A stretch of DNA of 64,000 nt from Candidatus Dormibacteria bacterium (GTDB taxonomy: Bacteria; Chloroflexota; Dormibacteria; Aeolococcales; Bog-877): NCBI GenBank assembly GCA_050734515.1, contig JBOHUM010000014.1:65089-129088 (forward strand), read 5' to 3'. A program made the position numbers and the translations under genes. The notes beneath the pieces were generated by a model. That model worked only from the letters and a program-made list of their open reading frames with translations. It did no database searches and had not been told where the DNA came from. Below, one piece after another: positions 39,063 to 47,757 of the stretch; within the stretch, counting starts at the first letter, position 1; every line of letters starts with the position of its first letter.

Positions 39063-39607
39063 GCCTCCGCCCCGATCCTCTCTTGCGCCAGGAGCCGAGC
39101 CAGCCGGTGGTCGGGAATCCGCGCCTGGGAGAAGGTCTGAAACCGGGAGCGCAGGGAGGCGTACTGCGCCGCCAGCGCGGTCTCGTCTTCCAGGGCCAGG
39201 GGCTCCCACTCCTCCAGGTAGTGGATCGCCACCAACCCCGCCTGGAGGGACTCCTTGAGGCAGCCGAAGCAGGGCCGCATCGTGGTGTAGAGGCTGGCGC
39301 CCAGGGTCGACTGCCCAAAGCGGGCCGCCGCCAGCAGCGCGTTCTGCTCGGCATGGACGCAGACGCACAGGTCGTAGCCCCGGCCGGGAGGGTAGGGGTC
39401 GGCGTCTCGGTTGGCGCAGCGGTAGCAACCGCCCTCGGAGCAGTTGGGCATCCCGATAGGCGTGCCGTTGTAACCGGTGCTCAACACCCGATCGTCCCGG
39501 ATCACCACGGCCCCCACCCGGCGACCGAGGCAATCGGCACGGGTCCGTGCGGCCAGGGCCAGGAGCAGGAAGTACTCCTGCTTCGAGGGGCGGGGGTCGA
39601 CGCTCAT
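39059..39607 (-). CDS. deoxycytidylate (dCMP) deaminase
   Basis: Zinc motifs CVHAEQNAL and PCFGCLKE. 182 aa. Confidence 0.9.
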   Translation of the reverse strand: MSVDPRPSKQEYFLLLALAARTRADCLGRRVGAVVIRDDRVLSTGYNGTPIGMPNCSEGGCYRCANRDADPYPPGRGYDLCVCVHAEQNALLAAARFGQSTLGASLYTTMRPCFGCLKESLQAGLVAIHYLEEWEPLALEDETALAAQYASLRSRFQTFSQARIPDHRLARLLAQERIGAEA

Positions 39608-39832
39608 CCCGGGCCCCGGGTGGGCTCGCTCTTCATCGAGATGAGTTTGCCACTCCTCGCCGGCCCCGCCGCGGGCTCACAGGCTGCGGATAGGTCCCGC
39701 GAGATCCGCCGCAGCCCGGGGTGGACTGGTGGGGGGGAATGGATCCAGCCGGGCGAGGTCGCTCGGCTGGGGAGGCGGTCGGACGGGGCCACTGCGAATC
39801 GACCGAACGCCCCCGGCGGTGGCGGACCGGAC

Positions 39833-41386
39833 TCAGGAGACGGCGGCGGCGATCTCGGGGTCCAGCCCGGGATAGCGAGCCAGGTACTTGCGCCGCTCGC
39901 GGTTGAGCCGCTCCACCTGCTCTTGGTGCTCGGACTCCCGCCCCTGGCGCTGGTAGAGGCGCCGGGGCTGGAGGACTTCCGGATCCTCGATCCCAGGAAC
40001 GCTGGTGGCCACCTGGTAGCCGAAGTCAGGGTCGACCTCCCACTCGATGGATTGCTCCGCGATCGCCTTGACTACCGCCGAGGAGTCGGCGATGCGAATC
40101 TTCTTGGCCCGAGCGTCTCCCTCACCGCCGCCCACCCATCCGGTGTTGAGCAGGTACACGGAGAAGCCGTCGGCACGCTGGAGCTTCCGGAAGCGGTTGC
40201 CCTGCTGAGCGTGCAGGAGCGGGAAGAAGGGGTTGGTGCCGGGCACCCGGAGCGACTTGCCCGCCTCGGAGGCCCCGCCGGCCGCCGTGCCCCGAGTCTC
40301 GCCGAGCATGAAGTAGGCGGCCGCCTGGTCACCGTCGAGGCGTGCCACCGCCGGGATGATGTTGTCGTTGCGGTTGAGGATCAGCAGGGCGAAGACCGGC
40401 CCAACCTCCCGAGCATCCTTGGACCACCCCAAGGCCTCCATCGGGAACACCGCCCGGCCGTTCTGCGTGTAGCTCTCATCGAAGAAGTCGACCGGACCGC
40501 CCTCCTCGCGCTGGGAGACGTTCTCCAGGTAGGCGACCCGGGAGGTGGCGGCGCCGTGAATGGTGGGCTCGTCCTCCTGGCTCAGGGCGTAGGTCTTGGC
40601 GAAGCAGCCCGCCTCCGAGCCGTACACCCGACCGCCGGGCATCAGGGCTACGAAGTCGTCCTGGACCGGCTTGCTGTCGTTCTGGCGGGTGAAGGTGGTG
40701 GTGGTCTTGCCGGTGCCGGACAGGCCAACGATCAGGATGGTGCGCTCCCCGCGGGCGGTGGGCACCGACTTGCAGCCCGCATGCAGAGCCAGGCCGCCAC
40801 GATCGTAGACCAGGCGGTTCCACATCCTCAGCAGGCCCTTCTTCGACTCGCCGAAGTAATCAGAGTTGAGCACCCGGGTGATGCCTCGCTCGAGGTCGAC
40901 GGCGATCAGCCGCTCGTTGGGGTAGCCCTCCGCCTTCAGGCTGGGGGTGTAGATCAGGGTGAACTCGGGGCGAAAGTCCTCCCCCGGGTCTCCATCCTTG
41001 AAGAGCAGGTGATCCTGCATCCCGGCGATGTTGGCCCCCTGGACCTCGATCACCAGGCGGACGGGGGACCGGAACTCGGGATCGTTGTTGATGTAGCCGT
41101 CGATCACCAGCACCTCCTGGTCCATGAGGTGCTCCTCCTGGAGCCGGGCGATCCGCCGGGCCTCCTCGCTGGCAATGGTCCGCCCGGAGGTGACGTCCGG
41201 GTCGTCGCTGACGATGAAGGTCGAGTCGGTGCTCCGAGCTAGAGCCTTGGTCTGGACGTTGTAGTTGTCGTAGGCGGTGAGGCGGGCGGTGGGCATGGCC
41301 GCCGTCAACCTCCGGAGCTGCTCCTGGGAGGGATGGATGATGCTCCGGCGGACGGCGGGCGAATACGGCTCAGCGACCTTGCTCAT
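39833..41386 (-). CDS. pckA: phosphoenolpyruvate carboxykinase (ATP)
   Basis: Kinase-1a GLSGTGKTT, NIGGGCYAK-like FAKTYALS and NTGWVGG. The ATG (MSKVAEP) has GGAGG 7 nt upstream. The nominal ORF start at 41431 lacks an SD. Confidence 0.95.
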   Translation of the reverse strand: MSKVAEPYSPAVRRSIIHPSQEQLRRLTAAMPTARLTAYDNYNVQTKALARSTDSTFIVSDDPDVTSGRTIASEEARRIARLQEEHLMDQEVLVIDGYINNDPEFRSPVRLVIEVQGANIAGMQDHLLFKDGDPGEDFRPEFTLIYTPSLKAEGYPNERLIAVDLERGITRVLNSDYFGESKKGLLRMWNRLVYDRGGLALHAGCKSVPTARGERTILIVGLSGTGKTTTTFTRQNDSKPVQDDFVALMPGGRVYGSEAGCFAKTYALSQEDEPTIHGAATSRVAYLENVSQREEGGPVDFFDESYTQNGRAVFPMEALGWSKDAREVGPVFALLILNRNDNIIPAVARLDGDQAAAYFMLGETRGTAAGGASEAGKSLRVPGTNPFFPLLHAQQGNRFRKLQRADGFSVYLLNTGWVGGGEGDARAKKIRIADSSAVVKAIAEQSIEWEVDPDFGYQVATSVPGIEDPEVLQPRRLYQRQGRESEHQEQVERLNRERRKYLARYPGLDPEIAAAVS

Positions 41387-41595
41387 GGAAACCTCCCTAG
41401 TCCCCACTTCCGGGACGGTGACTCGCGGCACATTAGCAAACGCGAGCTGGGCCTGGCGGGTTCGGAGCCCTCCGCCAGGCGGCCGCGCTAAGCTCCGCGA
41501 TCACGACACCGGCCCGAGGCCGGCCCCCGTCGGTCACCTCCGGAGGTCCCCCGATCGCCGCATCTCCCGAACCGGCACCCAAATCCGAAGCCACG

Positions 41596-42060
41596 GTGGC
41601 GGCGGTGATGACTCGCGCCGTGATCACGATCGGACCCGAGGCGAGCGTGGCTGAGGCTGCGGGGATGCTGAGCCAGCACCACATCACCGGGATGCCAGTG
41701 CTGGACGACCATCTCCGCGTGGTGGGGGTGGTCAGCGAGATGGACATCGTGGGCAAGCGGGGCCGGACTGTGGCCGAGATCATGACCCCCGAGCCCAGGA
41801 CCATCGAGGAGGAAGTGCGGGTCAGCCAGGCTGCCCAGGTGCTGATGGAGCAGCGGATCCGCCGCCTGCCGGTGGTGCGTCACGGCAAGCTGGTCGGCCT
41901 GATCTCCCGGACTGACCTGGTCACCTTCTTCGCCCGCCACCAGTGGGTTTGCCCGCGATGTGGCGCTCCGCAGCGGGGCCTCGAGCCCCCGGGGCAGTGC
42001 CCGGAGTGCGGCCAGCGGGCCTCGGAATGGCGCCTGGAGGACGCTCCCGGGGGTATGTGA
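41596..42060 (+). CDS. CBS-pair protein with C-terminal zinc ribbon
   Basis: Two CBS repeats (MTRAVITIGPE...ITGMPVLD and IMTPEPRTI...RRLPVV..GKLVGLISRTD), then CPRCG...CPECG. Confidence 0.8.
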   Translation: MAAVMTRAVITIGPEASVAEAAGMLSQHHITGMPVLDDHLRVVGVVSEMDIVGKRGRTVAEIMTPEPRTIEEEVRVSQAAQVLMEQRIRRLPVVRHGKLVGLISRTDLVTFFARHQWVCPRCGAPQRGLEPPGQCPECGQRASEWRLEDAPGGM

Positions 42061-42070
42061 GAGCGGTCGC

Positions 42071-43108
42071 TCAGGTGCGGGCAGGTCCCGTCTGGCGCTG
42101 CCGGAGCTTGACCAGGTCGTGGACGGCGTCGATCCAGCGCACGGTTCCGCTGAAGGAGCGCATCACCACCGAGTGGGTTTCCACCTTGTCGCCAGCGAAG
42201 CGCACCCCGCCCAGCAGCTCGCCGTCGGTGATCCCGGTGGCGGCGAAGAAGCTGTTCCCTCCGCCGCAGAGCTCATGGGCGAGGAAGACGTGCTCAAGCT
42301 CGAACCCCTCTTGGCGAACCAGCTCCGCCTCCTCGTCGTCCCGAGGCCAGAGCCGGCACTGCATGTCACCCTCGATGCAGTTGATCGCGCAGGCGGTCAG
42401 CACCGCCTCGGTCGCCCCGCCGATGCCCATGAGTACGTCGAGGCCGGTCCGCTCTGGCAGCGCGGCCATGATCCCGGCGGCGACGTCCCCGTCGGTGATC
42501 AGCTTGACCCGGGCTCCAGTAGCGCGGATCTCCTGGAGCAACCGCTCGTGGCGAGGGCGGTCGAGAACCACGACGGTGAGGTCCTCGACGTGTCGCTCCT
42601 CCGCCTCGGCGATCCGTTGCAGGTTCTCACCGGTCGTCGCTCTCAGGTCGATCACCCCTCGGGCCCGCGGCCCTACCACCAGCTTCTCCATGTAGGCGCA
42701 CCGGGTCTGCAGCAGCGAGTCCCGCTCAGCCAGCGCCACGGTGGCGATGCCCCCGGGGAGACCCCTGGCCACCAGGCGGGTGCCGTCGATCGGGTCGACG
42801 GCCACGTCCACCAGCGGCGGGCTGCCATTGCCGATCTGCTCGCCGATGGCCAGCATTGGCGCCTTGTCCTTCTCGCCTTCGCAGATCTTGACCACACCCG
42901 CCATGTCCACGTGGGAGAGGCTCTTGCGCATCGACTCCACCGCCGCCCGGTCGGCGGCGATCTTGTCGTCGCGGCCCATGTAGCGCGCCGCCGACATCGC
43001 CGCCCCCTCGGTCACCCGGACCAGCTCTAGAGCCAGGTTGCGGTCGGTGGGTGTGCCTGGATCGGCGGTGATCGCCGCCAGGTCATGGTGGCCGTGGAGG
43101 TCCGCCAT
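42071..43108 (-). CDS. glpX: class II fructose-1,6-bisphosphatase
   Basis: LELVRVTEGAAMSAARYMGRGDK-like, EGEKD.AP, DPIDGT and GGA.EAV. This is an ATG inside ORF 42071..43480. Confidence 0.93.
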   Translation of the reverse strand: MADLHGHHDLAAITADPGTPTDRNLALELVRVTEGAAMSAARYMGRDDKIAADRAAVESMRKSLSHVDMAGVVKICEGEKDKAPMLAIGEQIGNGSPPLVDVAVDPIDGTRLVARGLPGGIATVALAERDSLLQTRCAYMEKLVVGPRARGVIDLRATTGENLQRIAEAEERHVEDLTVVVLDRPRHERLLQEIRATGARVKLITDGDVAAGIMAALPERTGLDVLMGIGGATEAVLTACAINCIEGDMQCRLWPRDDEEAELVRQEGFELEHVFLAHELCGGGNSFFAATGITDGELLGGVRFAGDKVETHSVVMRSFSGTVRWIDAVHDLVKLRQRQTGPART

Positions 43109-43195
43109 TGGCGCCCCAGCATACGGCCCCGCCGGTCGGCCCACCACCGGCTCCGGCGCCGGGGGTCGCGCCCGTCGGCGGGTGACAATGCCGCC

Positions 43196-43531
43196 ATGGG
43201 AGCACCCGGGGCCACGGGCCCTGACGCCGGGACCGTACCTCGGCGGATCGGTTACGACGAGGGTGCTCGGGCCCTGGTGGTTGAGTGGGAGGACGGCATG
43301 GCCAGTGCCATCCCCTTCGCGCAGCTCCGGCGCGGCTGTCCCTGTGCCCTGTGCACCGGCGAGCTGGGTCGCCCCGGCAGGTTCGCCAGCGACCCCTCCC
43401 TGCACCCTGGGGAGGACGAGCTGGCCGATGTCGGGCTGGTGGGCAACTACGGCCTCAAGGCAATCTGGGCTGACGGCCACGACACCGGCATCTATCGCTT
43501 CGAGTTGCTGCGGCGCCTGGCCGAGGGCTAG
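43196..43531 (+). CDS. DUF971-like protein (gamma-butyrobetaine-hydroxylase N-terminal-like)
   Basis: LVVEWEDG..S.IPFAQLRRGCPCALC....G, and GNYGLKAIWADGHDTGIY.FELLR. GACAAT lies 6 nt upstream of the ATG. The family name is from memory. Confidence 0.75.
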   Translation: MGAPGATGPDAGTVPRRIGYDEGARALVVEWEDGMASAIPFAQLRRGCPCALCTGELGRPGRFASDPSLHPGEDELADVGLVGNYGLKAIWADGHDTGIYRFELLRRLAEG

Positions 43532-43920
43532 GCGGGCTGAGGCCTCTCCTCTAGCAGGGCCCGGACCGTGGCCGCCACCACCGTGGGCTTGAAGGGCTTG
43601 ATCACCACCTCCCGGGCACCGGCGGCCAGGGCCCGGGCGCGGCCCTCGGGGTCGCGCTGCTCAGGCATCAGGACTACCCCCGCCGGCGGTGCCTGGCCGG
43701 CCTCGACCAGGCGCCGGCAGAGGTCCCGCCCGTCCTCCTCCAGGGTCACGTCGCAAAGCAGCAGGTCGACCCCCCCCGCGCGCACCAGTGCCTCGGCCTC
43801 CCGGGCGCTGCGCACCCAGGTGAGCTGGTGGCCCTCCATCCGCAGCTTGAATTCCAGGATGCGGCCGATCATGGGCTCGTCCTCGGCCAGCACCAGGTGA
43901 GACGGCCGCTGCAGATCCAC
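43528..43920 (-). CDS. stand-alone response-regulator receiver domain protein
   Basis: 130 aa with LVLAEDEP, the phospho-acceptor context DLLLCDVTL, and VVIKPFKP. TAGACT lies 6 nt upstream of the GTG. Confidence 0.85.
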   Translation of the reverse strand: MDLQRPSHLVLAEDEPMIGRILEFKLRMEGHQLTWVRSAREAEALVRAGGVDLLLCDVTLEEDGRDLCRRLVEAGQAPPAGVVLMPEQRDPEGRARALAAGAREVVIKPFKPTVVAATVRALLEERPQPA

Positions 43921-43926
43921 GGCCCG

Positions 43927-43932
43927 AGTCTA
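43927..43932 (-). promoter_or_regulatory. -10 box TAGACT, 6 nt upstream of the response-regulator GTG
   Basis: The minus strand reads TAGACTcgggccGTG. Confidence 0.4.
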
Positions 43933-44031
43933 GACGTCTGGGGACCGCCCTTACAGATCAGGTAACGGTCCCGCCGCGGCCCTGCGACGTCGGGGTCAAG
44001 GTGCTCCAGGCCGATCTCAGAATCGCTCCCC

Positions 44032-45195
44032 GTGGACGGGGTTAGGCAGTGGGGGCAGACCGGCCTTGCCGCCTTGGTGGCGACCGCCGGGGCCCTCACC
44101 CTGGTGGGGGCCACCGGCGGCGCCGCCGTGAGCGCGGCGCCCAGTGCCGCGAGTGTTGAGGTGGCCACCCTGGGAGCCCTGGTGGCGAAGACCCAAGCCC
44201 AGGAGACGAACCTGCGCGCCCAGGTGCAGACCGCGCGCCAGGTGATCAGCCGGGACCTGGCCCGGATCCACAGCGAGCGGGGGCAGCTGGCCGACCTGGT
44301 TGCGCAGGAGTACACCGGGGCGCCGGACGGGCTTCTCTCCGTCCTGGCCAGCCCCAGCTTCAACAGTGCCCTGGACACCCAGATCACCCTCGACCAGCTG
44401 ACCCATGCCCAGCGCCAGCTGCTGCTCAACCTGGCTCAGGACCTCAGCTCAGAGGAGCGGGCGGCGGCACAACTCAAGCAGGAGCAACAGCAGGAGGCGG
44501 TGGCCGAGTCCCGGCTGGAGGCAGAGGAATTGGTGGCCGAGTACCAGGCCGCTCACCCCCCGCCGCCACCCCCACCGCCCAGCTCCTCCGCCGATGGGCC
44601 CGCTGTGGCGGGGCCAACCCCGACTCCGACACCGCCGCCCAGCCCGCCTCCCCCGCCCCCGCCTCCCCCCAATCCACCTCAACCGGGGGGTGGTGGTGGC
44701 CCCTTCACGGTCGACACCAACCTGACGTTGCCCAGTGACATCGGCCTCGCGCAGATCCAGAACTTCCTCCAGGGCACCCCGCTCGAGGTTGACTCGGGCC
44801 TCTTCCTACAGGCCGAGCAGACGGAGCACGTCAGCGCCATCTACCTGGTCTCGGACGCGGTCCTGGAGACGGGCTGGGGCACGTCATGCCTCTACTCCAC
44901 CAAGCACAACCTATTCGGTTTCGGCGCCTACGACGGCAACCCCTGCGGCTTCGGCGAGAGCTTCGCCAGCGACCAGGACTGCGTCGCCTATGTGTCCTGG
45001 TTCGTCTCCGTCTACTACCTGACGCCGCCCGGCTCCGAGGTGCCCAGCTATGGCGGGCAGCCGGGAACCGTGGCCACCGGGCGCTATTACAACCTGCCGA
45101 CGCCTGCCGGGATGAACGTAGACTACGCCAGCGACCAGAGCTGGTCGGCCAAGATCGCCCACCTGGGTGCTCTGCTCCAGGCAGTGCCAGGCTAA
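44032..45195 (+). CDS. secreted peptidoglycan hydrolase: coiled-coil N-domain, Pro-rich linker, C-terminal glucosaminidase domain
   Basis: It has a signal peptide, ~150 aa of heptad-like Q/A/L-rich sequence and a PPPPPPPP...PPSPPPPPPPPPNPP linker. The glucosaminidase-like block is SAIYLVSDAVLETGWGTS...KHNLFGFGAYD. Confidence 0.8.
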   Translation: MDGVRQWGQTGLAALVATAGALTLVGATGGAAVSAAPSAASVEVATLGALVAKTQAQETNLRAQVQTARQVISRDLARIHSERGQLADLVAQEYTGAPDGLLSVLASPSFNSALDTQITLDQLTHAQRQLLLNLAQDLSSEERAAAQLKQEQQQEAVAESRLEAEELVAEYQAAHPPPPPPPPSSSADGPAVAGPTPTPTPPPSPPPPPPPPPNPPQPGGGGGPFTVDTNLTLPSDIGLAQIQNFLQGTPLEVDSGLFLQAEQTEHVSAIYLVSDAVLETGWGTSCLYSTKHNLFGFGAYDGNPCGFGESFASDQDCVAYVSWFVSVYYLTPPGSEVPSYGGQPGTVATGRYYNLPTPAGMNVDYASDQSWSAKIAHLGALLQAVPG

Positions 45196-45232
45196 AGGCG
45201 CTCGGCAACCACGGCCGGTTAGCCTGGGGCAG

Positions 45233-47083
45233 GTGGCCGGGCTAGCCTCCCCAAACTGGCGGTCCAGTTCTCCGCCTCCGCCCCTGAGCGACTACTTCTG
45301 CCTGGCCGACGGCCGGGTCGCCGCCCTCATCGATCGGCGCGGTCGATGTGACTTCCTGTGCTGGCCCCACTTCGACAGCCCGCTGGCCCTGGGGCGGCTG
45401 CTCGATCCCGAGGGCGGCGGCTCGGTGGGGGTCGGGGTTGGGGCCGACGCTCCGGCCGGCGCCTGCTGGCTCCCGCGCTCCCGGGTGTTGCGCATCGAGT
45501 GGACCAAGGGGGTCGTGGTCGACTGCGCCCTGGTCGATGCGGGTAGCTCCAGCAGCCTGGTCTGGCTGGTCTCGGGCCCCCCGGGAGCGCTGGTCACGGT
45601 CGAGCTCCAGCACCCCACTGCTGGCGGCGGTCCCCACTGGGAGCCCTTGGCGAGCGGTGCCCGGCTCGGCGCCCGGAGCCGTGCAGACGGCCCGGGGGGC
45701 CCGCTCTGGCTCAACTCCGACGCCTCGTTGCGTCTCGGCCCGTCGGGGTTCACCGCGGAACTGCCCGCCTCAGGCATGGTGCTCCGACTCTGCGGACATC
45801 CGGACCCGGAGCGTGCGACCGCGCTGACGTCGGATGCGATGCGGCGACGCCTGGCCCGGGCCGCGGCCGCCGACCGCGCTTGGTTGGATGGCATCCGCTC
45901 GGGGCGACTGGCTCCGGTCCTGACCGCGACGCCCAGATGGGCGATCGCGATGCTTGAGCGCTCCCTGCTCACCCTGCGGGGGCTCCAGGATCGACGGAGC
46001 GGGCTCGTGGTGGCCTCTCCCGTAACTTCGATTCCGCAGTCGCCGGGTAGCACCCGGGCCTGGGACTACCGCTATGCCTGGCTGCGCGACTGCTCCGCGG
46101 CGGGCATGGCCTTCTGCCGGGCGGGGGCGAACCCCGAGGCGGAGAAGGTGGCCCGAGGTCTGGCGGAGCTGCTTGGGGAGGCGCCTCTGGCGGCTCCTCC
46201 GGTGCGATGCCTGGACGGGTCGCCACTGCCGGCTGAGCACTTCGTCAGCCACCTGGCGGGGTACGGCGGCAGCCCGGTGCGGATCGGCAATGGCGCCGCA
46301 GGCCAGGTCCAGCTCGACGCCCTGGGCGAGGTGGTGCGCCTGGCTGGCCGGCTGGCCGATGCCTGCCCCTCGCAACTTCTGCGTCGGCTGCCCGCCCTGG
46401 CCGCCGCGATAGCGGCTCGCTCGGAGCTCCCTGATCACGGAATCTGGGAGATCCGGGGGATGCCCCGGCCCTATGTGCACAGCAAGCTGCTATGCGGGGC
46501 GGCCCTGCTCCAGGCTGCCCAACTGGCGCATCGAGGCCTGATCCCGGGTCCGGCGCAGGCCTGGGAGGAAGGGGCGGAGGCGATCCGGGAGGCGATCGCC
46601 CGCCGCGGTCGCGGCGCCGACGGCTCCCTGCGGATGGCCTTCGACGACCAGGGGGTCGATGCCGCGGTGCTTGCCGTCTACGCGCTCGGCTTCCCCGAAC
46701 CGCTCCCGGCGCCGAACACACTGGACGCCGTTCTGGCGGAACTGGGGGAGTGGCCCCTGGTGGCTCGCCATCGCCCCCAGCGGGATGGCCTTGCCGACCC
46801 CTGCGCCCCCTTTGTCTTCGCCGGCCTCTGGGCCGCCGTGGCCGAGTTTCGAGTCGGACGGGGAGGCGCGGCGCGCCGCCGCCTGCGGGCGATCTGCGAC
46901 CTGGCAGGACCGGCGCTGCAGCTCTCCGAAGTCGCTGACCCCAAGGCCGCCTTGATGCTGGGCAACTATCCCCAGGTGCAGAGCCACGCCGCCCTGGTGG
47001 AGGCGGTCTCGGAGATCTGGGAGGAAGCGCTTCCGGCCAACCCGGCCGGCGCTGGAGGCGTTCCTATACTGGACCCGCGCTGA
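45233..47083 (+). CDS. glycoside hydrolase family 15 (glucoamylase/trehalase-like)
   Basis: The N-terminus LSDYFCLADGRVAALIDRRGRCDFLCWPHFDSP and the catalytic region AWDYRYAWLRDCS are typical of GH15. The start is uncertain: GTG at 45233, or 45167 overlapping the upstream gene. Confidence 0.85.
   Translation: MAGLASPNWRSSSPPPPLSDYFCLADGRVAALIDRRGRCDFLCWPHFDSPLALGRLLDPEGGGSVGVGVGADAPAGACWLPRSRVLRIEWTKGVVVDCALVDAGSSSSLVWLVSGPPGALVTVELQHPTAGGGPHWEPLASGARLGARSRADGPGGPLWLNSDASLRLGPSGFTAELPASGMVLRLCGHPDPERATALTSDAMRRRLARAAAADRAWLDGIRSGRLAPVLTATPRWAIAMLERSLLTLRGLQDRRSGLVVASPVTSIPQSPGSTRAWDYRYAWLRDCSAAGMAFCRAGANPEAEKVARGLAELLGEAPLAAPPVRCLDGSPLPAEHFVSHLAGYGGSPVRIGNGAAGQVQLDALGEVVRLAGRLADACPSQLLRRLPALAAAIAARSELPDHGIWEIRGMPRPYVHSKLLCGAALLQAAQLAHRGLIPGPAQAWEEGAEAIREAIARRGRGADGSLRMAFDDQGVDAAVLAVYALGFPEPLPAPNTLDAVLAELGEWPLVARHRPQRDGLADPCAPFVFAGLWAAVAEFRVGRGGAARRRLRAICDLAGPALQLSEVADPKAALMLGNYPQVQSHAALVEAVSEIWEEALPANPAGAGGVPILDPR
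47065..47070 (+). promoter_or_regulatory. -10 box TATACT, ~40 nt upstream of tRNA-Glu, inside the 3' end of the GH15 gene
   Basis: The context ttccTATACTgg matches the other TATACT boxes. It is the only AT-rich hexamer near the tRNA. Confidence 0.35.
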
Positions 47084-47110
47084 GGTTGCGGGGTCGCCCG
47101 CTCACCGCCC

Positions 47111-47187
47111 GCCCCGTTCGTCTAGTGGCCCAGGACACCGCCCTCTCAAGGCGGAGATCAGCGGTTCGAATCCGCTACGGGGTACCA
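47111..47187 (+). tRNA. tRNA-Glu (anticodon CUC), CCA encoded
   Basis: Manual cloverleaf: acceptor GCCCCGT/ACGGGGT (G1-U72 wobble), D arm GTCT-AGTGGCCCA-GGAC, anticodon arm CCGCC-CTCTCAA-GGCGG, variable AGATC, T arm AGCGG-TTCGAAT-CCGCT, discriminator A, CCA. Confidence 0.9.
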
Positions 47188-47205
47188 AGCTCCAACGAGG
47201 TACCG

Positions 47206-47757
47206 ATGCCTGACTCCGCTCCCGGACCGCGCCCCCTCACCGGGGTACCCATGGCAAGCCACGGGCATCGGGTCGAGCCTGGGCACCTGACAGTACTACC
47301 GGAAGAGGATGAGCGGCTGCGGGCCGAGCTCGCCGCGCTGCTGGCAGACCAGGGCGGGCCGCCCCGGCCCCGAGCGCTGGCCGCGCTGAGCAACCTCTGC
47401 GGCCGTAGCCCCGCCTTCCTGGACGCCTGGGCACGCCTGGCCCAGGCCGCCTACCTGGGTGGCGACGAGGTGGCGGCCTACGCCTATGCGCGGGTGGGAT
47501 ACCACCGGGGATTGGACCGGCTGCGCCGTCACGGCTGGGGCGGCACCGGTCAGGTCCGCTGGCAGGACACCAGCAACCGCGGCTTCCTGCGCAGCGTGCA
47601 GATGCTGATGGTTGCCGCCGCGGCGCTGGGGGAGATGGAGGAGGCGGATCGCTGCCGCCAGTTCCTGCTCGACCTCGACCCCGAGGACGGCATGGGCATG
47701 GCCGGCCGACCGCCGCTGGCTCCGAGGGAGCGGGTGGGCGCGGAGGCGCTCAGCTAG
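47206..47757 (+). CDS. DUF3151-like protein
   Basis: AYAYARVGYHRGLDRLRRHGWGGTGQVRW....NRGFLR, and RC..FLLDLDPED. This is an ATG inside ORF 47086..47757, whose 5' part is the tRNA. The family name is from memory. Confidence 0.75.
   Translation: MPDSAPGPRPLTGVPMASHGHRVEPGHLTVLPEEDERLRAELAALLADQGGPPRPRALAALSNLCGRSPAFLDAWARLAQAAYLGGDEVAAYAYARVGYHRGLDRLRRHGWGGTGQVRWQDTSNRGFLRSVQMLMVAAAALGEMEEADRCRQFLLDLDPEDGMGMAGRPPLAPRERVGAEALS

Noticed and set aside
39608-39832. 225-bp gap between pckA and the dCMP-deaminase operon considered as a possible ncRNA (imperfect hairpin ggctgcgga...tccgccgcagcc).
   Set aside because: The hairpin is imperfect and lacks a U-tract, and I recognise no Rfam-like motif. 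The gap is adequately explained as the pckA 3' end plus the promoter region of the downstream operon.
47086-47205. N-terminal extension of ORF 47086..47757.
   Set aside because: This part of the ORF is the tRNA-Glu gene read as protein. The real CDS most plausibly begins at the ATG at 47206, preceded by GAGG.
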